From assembly GCF_001194135.2 (NCBI RefSeq), contig NC_068989.1:68809188-68873187 (forward strand): a stretch of 64,000 nt of DNA. The letters are read 5' to 3'. Each line of letters starts with the position of its first letter. Within the stretch, counting starts at the first letter, position 1. Shown here one piece after another: positions 1 to 10,800 of the stretch. The notes under the pieces are model-generated. The model was not told the origin of the DNA. It was given only the letters and a program-made list of their open reading frames with translations, and did not search any database. This DNA is from Octopus bimaculoides. Lineage: Eukaryota. The position numbers and the translations under genes were made by a program.

Positions 1-1714
1 ATGTTTTATGATTTTTAACATATTTCATACTACCAACAGTTGGTAGATATACTATAGTAGAAAATTAATAGTAGATATCATACTATAGTAGCGCCGAAAA
101 TTATTTAGAAAAATAATATAAGATGAATAAGGCAATGTAATAATCAGGGGAGACAACCATCAACTTTAAATAAAATTATAAATAGAATGCAGCGGCGAGT
201 GAACCTGATCTTTTGTCAGTCTGGTGACACCTCAGCATACTTCATATTATTAAGTCTCACCAGTGAGGTAAAGTCAAACTGGTTAGAGCTCAATATTAAG
301 ATATGCATCTGTTACCTCTCTACTGTCCTCTTTTGACCCCAATATCCACATAAAATTTACTACTGCCGACTTTTCGAAAAGCACTTCTGTTTTAAAATAT
401 TGGGGTAACAGGAACATAGTTCAGAATGAAAGCTACACACCGCACGCGCGCGTGTATATATATATATATATACATAAGACCAAAATATTTATTAGAAAAA
501 CTAGTATATTTTAATAGAATTAGGTACACACATTCTTATATATATATATATATATTTAGAGAGAGCGCTTTCACTTTTATATGAATAACTATGGAAGACT
601 GGTGGGAATATATCTGGACTTATAGGATTGGTCGGTATTTAGTCATATAATTTAGGAGTTAGTTATAGGTTTACTTATTGAATTTATTTACCGATACTGT
701 TGTTAATAGGGTAAATGTGTTTCTTTGTTGTAGTTTAATTAATAAAGTTAGTGTTTAATCCTTCCTAGAATTAAGATTGAATGAATCTAGCTTTCTAAGG
801 TATGTTTGTTCCCAAACAACACTTATTTTAGTGTACAAAAGAAGATATTGAGTTATTTCCCTTGCATTTTCTGTATTTTAAAACGCTTCTTTACTTTGAA
901 TAATTACCAATAATGTATTATAGAAGTGATATAATCACTTCTAAAGTAGATTGCCTATTCATTTTATCGACCCTAAAAGGATAAAAGGCAAAGTTGAGTG
1001 TATGATGCGATGTAGTACGCAGTCAGAACTAAATACAGTACGGCGTTACACCGATTCTATGAAACTACTGCCCCTAATTTCATGAATTATTAACACAAAT
1101 AACGACTTAAAAATTTATTACTTTTTATTGCAAACTAGTATCTCCATTAATATATAAATGAGAATAAGAACAAAATTCATAGTAGTGTCCATTATCTAAA
1201 ACCCCATGTGATGTTGGAACATTCATACTCTTACGAAAAATAAGCGGGATTTTTTGTTGTAGAACCCACAAGGTCAGTCCAGATCTACAAGACCAATGAT
1301 GAAAGGCGTTCCAGCAATAACCATCCCGCCTTTCTATCCCTATTTATAACATTGCATTATTGTTCTGCCTTTTTTCCAAAGACGACGATATGGTGTAGTT
1401 TGAAGGAGATTTTGTTGCCATTTCTAGCAGCCCGGGCTGGCCTCACCCGTATTTCTCATAGTAGACAAGATGACTGTAAGAATAGAAAAAAAAGACAAAA
1501 ATATATCATACTTCCAGCTTTTATAACTTGTCCAATACCATAGAAGAATTAAATGAATGCGAATTCTGCTTTGTCTTACCAATAATAAAGAGAAGAGGGC
1601 TTTGTTTTTTTAAGAAGAGGTAACGTTTTTTGTTTTTTTTATCTAAGAACCGTTGTCCTCCAATCCTTAAAAACATTTCACGTAACATTTCTGAAAGAAT
1701 TAATAGTCTTACAA

Positions 1715-1772
1715 CCGGAAGTCATTGAAACACGCATGCGCATTGGTGAGAGAGTCCTAATTCCTCCACGTG
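1715..1772 (+). promoter_or_regulatory. Putative NIP7 core promoter: ETS (CCGGAAGT), NRF1-like (CACGCATGCGCA), inverted CCAAT, E-box (CACGTG)
   Basis: CCGGAAGT 1715-1722, CACGCATGCGCA 1731-1742, ATTGG 1742-1746 and CACGTG 1767-1772, all within 90 bp upstream of the ATG. Function is inferred from motif match only. Confidence 0.6.
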
Positions 1773-1804
1773 TTTTCATCTCTTTAAAAAAGTCATACGT
1801 AAAG

Positions 1805-1860
1805 ATGAGGCCTCTCACTGACGATGAATGTAAATTATTTTTTGAAAAATTAACCAAATA
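1805..1860 (+). CDS. NIP7: NIP7 exon 1 ([19 protein letters not shown])
   Basis: ATG at 1805; donor GTAAGT at 1861; typical NIP7 N-terminus MRPLT. Confidence 0.95.
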
Positions 1861-4800
1861 GTAAGTAAATATATTCTACGTTACCACATTATTGTCAAGT
1901 CATAGAATTTTGCCTACTTATTTTGTTTCCAAAGTATTTATCAAATATTGTTTACCAAGTACCTACATTTCCTATGTGTGTGTATATATATATATATAGT
2001 AATAATAGGGAATAAAAATTTTTTTCCAACCTTACAGGCAAAAATCGGTATAATATTATACCGGGTTTCCTAATATATAATATATATGTATATAACTAAT
2101 TTAGAGACGAACCACGACGGGTTCTGAGTTGTAGAGTGGTGGTTCGTCTCACGCAGAAATGGCACACGCCTTCGAGTCAAAACGAAAAATTGCCTGTGTA
2201 TATATATATATTTGTCCTTTGAGTTTTTAAGAAAATCGTAAAATTTACTAGCATTTGCATATTAAATATTTATGTGGTTATATTCTTAATATGACTATGA
2301 TATGTGTGCTCATGACCCCCGGTGTAATACGGATGGAATCACAATAAAATGTTACCTTCGTTGAATTTAGAAATAAATAATTATTTTACCCAAGTAACCA
2401 CTAAGTTTGGTAATTTCCTATTTAGCGTTCGTAAAATCATAGTGATCCAAAAAGTATAAGTGGTACACCCTACGAACAGCGAATAGAAAGTGAGGGGAAA
2501 TGTTAGTCTTATTTTCAATAGAGTTTCGCTATGAGCACATGTGAGAATTCTTCAACAATCCACGGCGGGCGCACCAATACAAATCGCTGAATTTGACAAA
2601 GATTGAGCCAGTGTCGTAATTGTATGCTTTTCATTATCTGCTGATCCGTAAATATTTCGTTGGGAGGCATTCTTTCGGGGAAAGTGGCAATCACAACAAA
2701 ACTAGGACCAGCAAGGTTTCCACGTGACGAGTTGAATTGAGATCGAAACTAAAATAGATTCGATTTTACGAACATCAAATAGTAAATTATCCAGAGTTCA
2801 ATTAAACTGAGTTAATTACTATTTTGTGGCATATTTTATCGATATAAAACAGCGCACCTAAGTACTTTGCAGATATTGGGCGATCCCACTCATGTGAGGT
2901 AGTGTAAGTAATACTTTTTGAGTCAATGAAGCAGTCTGTGATTACTAAGACTAATTAAACTGACTTAATTAGTGTTTTATACTATATTTTATTGACAATA
3001 ATACTCCATACTTTAAAATTTTTGGCGGAATCCTGGTTTAAGCACCCCATATTACTTCTCATAACTTATTTTCCGAAAAGTTTTGTGAATTTGTGGTTCT
3101 ACATGCAGGGATTCCTTCTGCCTTGAGGTCTTCAATACAAACCTCGAACATTTCCTTAAATAGGAACAGCATGTTCTAGTAAACTTCCAGATCACAGGAA
3201 CTCAATCATTGCATATATCAACAAATGACTCACTACACTCTCTCTCCTCATATAATCACAAATATTTCATGTACAGACATAGAAGTACACTTCCTAACCA
3301 CATTTTAGGAGTCACAATCCAACTGTGAAGCACTTTGGATAAATGTCTTCTACTAAAGAACCGGGCCGACCAAAGCTTTGCTACAAGATTTTGTAAATGA
3401 AAAGTGAAAGAAGCCCACCGACTGTGTTGTGTCACTTTTGCTATGAAATCACGCAATAGTTGTAAACGAGTGTCACCGTCATACGACTGGTTCGTTCCCA
3501 TTCTTCTTTCTATGTTAATTAGTTTCATATAATGAAATTTTTTATTTTCAGTATTGGAGATAACATTTCACAGCTGTTGGAAAGAACTGATGGAAAGTAT
3601 TGTTTCCGTTTACATAAGGAAAGGATTTATTACTGCAAGTAAGGCTGTTTTGTTATTTGTTCATATAGTCTCTCTGTTTATTTTCTCATTCCTCTCTGTT
3701 GAAGAGCATAGGCTCGAAATGTAAAAAACTTTCTCACTTTCCCCAGTGTGAAACTAATACACCTGTTTTTTGTTCATACTCCTGTCTTCGTCTTTTATTT
3801 TCCTGTAAATTTCAACTATATATATATATATATATATATATTTCGGGAATAAATGATGGATTTTTTTCCCTTATGAGGTTTTTTCACGCTNNNNNNNNNN
3901 NNNNNNNNNNNNNNNNNNNNNNNNNNNNNNNNNNNNNNNNNNNNNNNNNNNNNNNNNNNNNNNNNNNNNNNNNNNNNNNNNNNNNNNNNNNNNNNNNNNN
4001 NNNNNNNNNNNNNNNNNNNNNNNNNNNNNNNNNNNNNNNNNNNNNNNNNNNNNNNNNNNNNNNNNNNNNNNNNNNNNNNNNNNNNNNNNNNNNNNNNNNN
4101 NNNNNNNNNNNNNNNNNNNNNNNNNNNNNNNNNNNNNNNNNAGAATTAAGGCAGTACGCATCGTTAAAATGGTTCTTCCCACGCACACAAATTAAATTTT
4201 TTTCGTGGAGGGTAGTGGCGGACGGAAAACAAAACGGTGAAATAAACAAACAAAAAGGCTGTACAGCCAGACGTGAAGTGTGTATGTATTGAACGCTGTG
4301 AAGCACGAACAGGAGGGGCAAAGAAGTACGTGCGAGCTTGGGGAGTCCAAGAATGAGAAGAAATAGCAGCCAGACACACGTGACCAGCACTGAGTAGAGA
4401 GAAAGAGTAGCAGAGGGAGAAGAAGGGGAGGAAGTAGAATAAAAGTGAGCAACGAGAGGGAGAGAGATAGTAGTAGTAACGGTGAGAGGCGAAGGACGAG
4501 CAACAAGAGATAGAGAGGGAGAGAGAGAGATAGTAGTGACAGGGAGAAGCGAAGAACAGTAGAGGGAAGAATGAGAGGGGGAGATAGAGAGAGAGAGATA
4601 CACGCACACACCACCACCATCATCATCATTAATATCCTTGTTTCATGTTGGCATGAGTTGAGAATAATTGAAAGGTGACGGCTGGGTTGGATCAGAATGA
4701 TGAAAATAGTTCTTGCATTTGGCAGCTGACTAAAGCTTTGAGAGAAATTTGGAAGATGGAAATGAAAGAAGTCTGTTATATATATATATATAGCTCCTCA

Positions 4801-7800
4801 TCCCTTAACATAACGCTTCCACTCATAGGGTTCATAATCTGGCAAGCTGCATAGCATCCTCACTAGTGCTTGTGGCACACAAAAGAAAAATAAGCATCCA
4901 GTACATATTGTAAAGTGGTTAGCATTAGAAAAGGCATCCAAACCAAAGAAGACAGGGGATCACAATGCTAGCATGAAACAAGGACATCTAAATGCTGATA
5001 TGTGCATGTGTATTTACATTCATGCTGTTTGAAAGTAATGTTGCCACTTACGTCAAGGAATCATTTGGTCATTGCTTTTGATCACTGATGTATTTCATCA
5101 TCAGAAAACAGTTTCTCTTTCAGACTAATGTGTTCATAACACACTTAATTCAGTGAGGGTTAGGAATTTTGGGATTCCAATGTTTTGACCTTGTTGCATA
5201 TCTTCTCAGCCAAAGCTACCCCAGACCATAAATCTAACCAGAGTTTTGGTTCTTGTTTATAGGATTCAGCAAGCAAATACCTTCTCAGCCAAAGCTACCC
5301 CAGATTAATAAATCTAACCAGAGTTTTGGTTCTTGTTTATAGGGAAAAAAACATTAAAAAATGACAATTTTTGTCATTTTGGGGCAAATTCTCTTACAAC
5401 CCAAGAGAAAATTTTAAGTGCATATGCACTTAATTTGACAACCGTGTTTCATGGGTATAGTTCCACTGATGGTGAGAATCAAATATCAATTGCAACAGTT
5501 AGAACCAACAATTTTAAGTGCAGGTGTTAAGAAAATACATGTTACATGTTTTAGCACACAACGCTGCAATGTTTAGAATTGATAATTTTAAGTGCAGGTG
5601 TTAAGAAAATACATGTTACAGCAACCTGAGAATGCTGAAATAACTGATGAATATTTTAACCCCACAACAATTTAAGCCAAATTTCGTTAATCAGTTAATC
5701 AAAAATCATCTTACTTTGCTTGAGTAGCCTAGGTAAAAATTTGCCTCAACCCAGCCTTAGCTCACATTTCATCTGTATAAAATTTCAAGAAAATCAATTG
5801 AAAACTTTAAAAGTTATGGCAGAAAATAACATTCATACGAGTATTTACATAGAAATATCCTATTGATTTTGAAAAATCGATGCTGATTAAAAATTATCGA
5901 TTTTTTTTTTTTTTTTTTTTTTTAAATTCCAAGTGTGCAAGTGACCGCATGGGCATAAGCCCCACACACGTGTCAAGTTTCATCAAGATCAGTTGGATAG
6001 TCTCGGAGGAGTTAAAGTAACAAATTCACCGACAGACAGAAATTGCCATTTATGTATATAGATTTCTTGCTAAATTTATACAAAAAGATATTTATTTATA
6101 AATATTGCTTACAAATTTATCTCGCATTTTATTTTCAGCTACTGCAAGTCAATCTTAGAGACATACTATTGAGTAAAATAACTATGGTGATATTGAATTA
6201 CCTAAGTGAAGTATATCAATTCTTACAGTGCCTGTACACTATAAGAACTGGTAACAGTTTAGAGATTTTATCTCAGTTTCTGCTCTATGCATCTGTGCCA
6301 TTTTATTTTCAAACTTGAATGTTTTTCTTTGTGGTTTTTCAGAGAAAGTTTAATGAAAAAGGCTTGTCATGTTTCCAGAGAAAACTTAAGAAGTTTTGGC
6401 ACCTGTTTTGGCAAGTTCACCAAAACTCGCAAATTTCGGCTTCATGTTACTGCATTAGATTTTCTTGCTCCTTATGCTAAGGTTTGTACATTGTTCATTA
6501 TTATCTTTAAAATAAAAAAATATAGAAGGTAGATGTCCAGATTGATAGAGCACTTGTACTATGTATTGCATTCTATTTTTACATTCTGAATTTTAAATTT
6601 CCTGGAAGTCTTTTGTATTCAGCAATCGAGGGACCAATAAAAATAAGTTATATGTACTGCAGTTAATTACATCAGCATACTCTTTGCTACTAAATTGAAG
6701 CTTCGAGCTACACCATTTAAATTACATTAAAACCAGAATTAACAAATGTGGAAACATTTTTTCTGTTTAAATACACTACTTTTGTTTCTGTAAATTTTTA
6801 GAATAATGAAAATTATTTAAAAATAGCTTTGTCATTATTAATCAAATATTTAAAATTAAGATTAACATAAAATTTTGATGGGAGGTTCTAATTTAGATCC
6901 TTTTAAAACATTTTGCATAACACAAAGAGTAGTTTCAAGTGGGTTGGAATCAAAAGGGTTATTTGATAACGAAAGCAATCTTACGGGTCTTGAAGATGTT
7001 AGTGTACACAAAGAAAATATTGGCTTCAAATTTTGGCACAAGGCCAGCAATTTTGGGGGAGGAGTTAAGTCAGTTACATCGACCCCAATACTCAACTGGT
7101 ACTTGTTTTATCAACTCTGAAAGGATGAAAAGTAAAGTTGAACTCAGAACAAAGAACAACAAAATGCCACTAAGTATTTTGCCCAATGTGCTAACAATTC
7201 TGCTAGCTCACTGCCTTACTCAAAGAAAATATTGAAAATATGACTTCTTCATCAGCATTGGTGCAGATATGAAGTTAATTTGAAGGACCTAATCACAGGC
7301 TCACATATTATTCAAAGTATATGTGCATGATTCTTATAAATTTAAAACTTCCTGTCTGTTTTTAGAATAAGTATTGCTTCTACAGTTAGGCGGGATCTTC
7401 TGGTTGCTCCAGTTGTTAGAATAGCTGACAAATTTTCCTCAAATCACACACTACCATTTCAAATCAGGGAGACTATTCATATACAAAAGAATGAGCTGGA
7501 ATATCTTTGACTATAGGCATGTTGAGTCAGTACTGACTTGGAACTATTGCACAAAACCCATTTTGAGCCATAAAATTACTTTTCTTATGATTAATTAGTT
7601 GTTCTTAGAATGTTTTTTCAAATGTCATTCATGGCTGTATAATATATTTAAGGAGGTTAAATGCTGTGTAAATAATGTATAGATGACCGATCCTTTTTCT
7701 GTGTTGATATCCAATGCAGATGTTTTCATTTTATTTTTAATTATGATTCTTTATGTTAGTGTTTGTGGAGGCGCAATGGCCTAGTGGTTAGGGCAGCAGA

Positions 7801-10800
7801 CTCGCATTCGGAGGATCACGGTTTCAATTCCCAGACCGGGCGTTGTGTGTGTTTCATCATCATCATCATCATCATCGTTTAACGTCCGCTTTCCATGCTA
7901 GCATGGGTTGGGCGATTTGACTGAGGACTGGTGCAACCGGATGGCTACACCAGGCTCCAATCTAATTTGGCAAAGTTTCTACAGCTGGATGCCCTTCCTA
8001 ACGCCAACCACTCAGAGAGTGTAGTGGGTGCTTTTACGTGTTACCCGCACGAAAACAGCCACGCTCGAAATGGTGTCTTTTATGTGCCACCCGCACAAGA
8101 GCCAGTCCAGGGGCACTGGCAACGATCTCNNNNNNNNNNNNNNNNNNNNNNNNNNNNNNNNNNNNNNNNNNNNNNNNNNNNNNNNNNNNNNNNNNNNNNN
8201 NNNNNNNNNNNNNNNNNNNNNNNNNNNNNNNNNNNNNNNNNNNNNNNNNNNNNNNNNNNNNNNNNNNNNNNNNNNNNNNNNNNNNNNNNNNNNNNNNNNN
8301 NNNNNNNNNNNNNNNNNNNNNNNNNNNNNNNNNNNNNNNNNNNNNNNNNNNNNNNNNNNNNNNNNNNNNNNNNNNNNNNNNNNNNNNNNNNNNNNNNNNN
8401 NNNNNNNNNNNNNNNNNNNNNNNNNNNNNNNNNNNNNNNNNNNNNNNNNNNNNNNNNNNNNNNNNNNNNNNNNNNNNNNNNNNNNNNNNNNNNNNNNNNN
8501 NNNNNNNNNNNNNNNNNNNNNNNNNNNNNNNNNNNNNNNNNNNNNNNNNNNNNNNNNNNNNNNNNNNNNNNNNNNNNNNNNNNNNNNNCTTACGCATGTC
8601 CTCAGCAGTCACAGCCCATGTTTCACTGCCATGTAGCATCGCTGTTCGTACACATGCATCATACAGTCTGCCTTTTACCCTGAGTGAGAGTCCCTTTGTC
8701 GCCAGCAGAGGTAAGAGCTCTCTAAAAACACCTAAAGCTCCACAAGGCTCCAGCAGTAGGTGGTGGCGAACCCTGTTGTACTCTTTCGCCCCAACTTTCT
8801 CTTACTCTTTCTTCCTGTTTCTTGAGTAAAAAGCTGCAATGGACTGGCGTCCCATCCAGCTAGGGGGAACACATATGCCATGGAAACCAGGAACCGGCCC
8901 TATGTTCCACAAGGGGCTAAGAGGATTTCCATATTAGTGTTTCCTTCTCTTTTTAACTCTTGACAACCCTTGAAATAGATTCCATGTCTCAGGGTAAAAA
9001 TTATTCTTTGTCCTTATCTTCCTCTTTTGTAAGCGAAGGATTCACCCTTTAGCATTCAGATTACTTTATCAGATGTAATGTTTGTTTATTTACATTGTTT
9101 TGAATTTATCATCATTATTGTGTGGCTGTATGTTTTTAGACTAACATTGTAGGGTAGGTGTGAGAGGTTGGATCTGGCCAGTTTGAGCATAAAAAAAGGG
9201 AGACTATTTTGGCTGGATATAGCTGGTTTAAATACTAAAGGGTTAAATACATCATGAAACTCTTTGAATGGTTTGTCACTGCTAAAATCCATCAGATGTT
9301 ACAAAGAGAATTTCATCTTCAAAATCTTATTTAGACCAGATTCCTTTACAATTCTCTATGAAGCGGTCATTTTTCCTATAGCGTTGCCTTACTGCTCCAG
9401 ACACTGGGATTTTCCTAAACTAAGGAATATGATGTATGGACTACGTTTCCTACAGAGCTCCTTGCAACCACTCATAGAATCTTAGGGTTCCAGAGAACCC
9501 CAGTTGGGAAACTATATGCTCCTCAGTTAACTTAGTGGTTGGGAATTGCATCATCAGGACGTCGTGTCTTGAGGAAGGCTTCTTTTATCAGCTTTCTGTT
9601 GTGGAAGTAAGCAGCACTGATTTTCAAAGCTTCTAAGAGCATAAGAAATATTTACATTACATTGCAATGCAATTACTCGTGGTGCAGTGTTGACGATGTT
9701 GATATTAGCAAAAGGAGCTTTGACTGTTCTTAAACCATCTCATATATATATCATATATATATATATATATAAGCGCAGGAGTGGCTCTGTGGTAAGTAGC
9801 TTGCTTACCAACCACATGGTTCCTGGTTCATTCCCATTGCATAGTACCTTGAGCAAGTGTCTTCTACTATAGCCTCGGGCCGACCAAAGCCTTGTGAGTG
9901 GATTTGGTAGACAGAAACTGAAAGAGCCCATCATATATATATATGTGTGTGTGTGTATTTGTGTATCTGTATTTGTCCCCACAACGGATGCTGGTGTGTT
10001 TACGTCCCCGTAACTCAGTGGTTCGGCAAAAGAGACTGATAGATTAAGTCCTAGGGGTCAATTTGCTCGGCTAAAGGTGGTCCTCCAGCATGGCTGCAGT
10101 CAAATGACTGAAATAAGTATAAGAAAAAGAATAGAGTAATCCCTCGCCATATCACAGTTCACCTATTGCACACTCAGTAAATCACAGACTTTTCTGGCTA
10201 AGACATGTAAGTTTATATCACGCGTTTCTGCAGCTGATAGGCATTTATATCTTTTTAGATTTTATTTCTGTGGGAGGTTTTGGAATGTTAGACCCACAAT
10301 AACTGAGGGATTACTGTGTGTATGTATATATATATTTTGAGCGTGGCCGTTGCCAGTACCGCCTGACTGGCCTTCGTGCCGGTGGCACGTAAAAGCACCC
10401 ACTACACTCTTGGAGTGGTTGGCGTTAGGAAGGGCATCCAGCTGTAGAAACTCTGCCAAATCAGATTGGAGCCTGGTGTAGCCATCTGGTTCACCAGTCC
10501 TCAGTCAAATCGTCCAACCCATGCTAGCATGGAAAGCAGACGTTAAACGAACCATATATATATATATAAATGTGTGTGTAAGTATGTATATTGTGTTATA
10601 ATTGACCATTTAAATGTAATTTCTCTCACTAGTACAAAATATGGTTGAAGCCAAATGCAGAACAACAGTTCTTATATGGAAACCACATCATGAAAGCTGG
10701 TCTTGGTAGAATCACAGAAAATACTGAGCAGTACCAAGGTGTTATTGTATACAATATGAATGATTTGCCTTTGGTAAGTTTTTCTTTCTATACAAACATA

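Larger units (their letters stand above)
7767..8925 (+). mobile_element. tRNA-derived SINE, apparently split by the RTE insertion (head 7767..7854, body about 8725..8925)
   Basis: A box TGGCCTAGTGG and B-box-like GGTTTCAATTCC in the head; SINE-like body GCTGCAATGGACTGGCGTCCCATCCAG. Continuity of the two halves is inferred. Confidence 0.6.

Noticed and set aside
921-943. 10-bp hairpin TAGAAGTGAT-ATA-ATCACTTCTA (and a 9-bp one at 29008-29033)
   Set aside because: Short, AT-rich inverted repeats of this size are expected by chance in 64 kb.
1-1700. Divergent gene sharing the NIP7 promoter
   Set aside because: No ORF or exon with recognisable homology on - within the window.
3699-4629. Long ORFs of 105-241 aa on both strands
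   Set aside because: They run through an N gap and purine-rich (GA)n low-complexity repeat-like DNA; no protein homology.
7767-7840. tRNA gene
   Set aside because: A and B boxes are present but there is no complete cloverleaf; it continues into SINE sequence.
7931-8829. ORFs of 200-263 aa
   Set aside because: Inflated by the 459-N gap; only the 46-codon RTE fragment on - is real coding-derived sequence.
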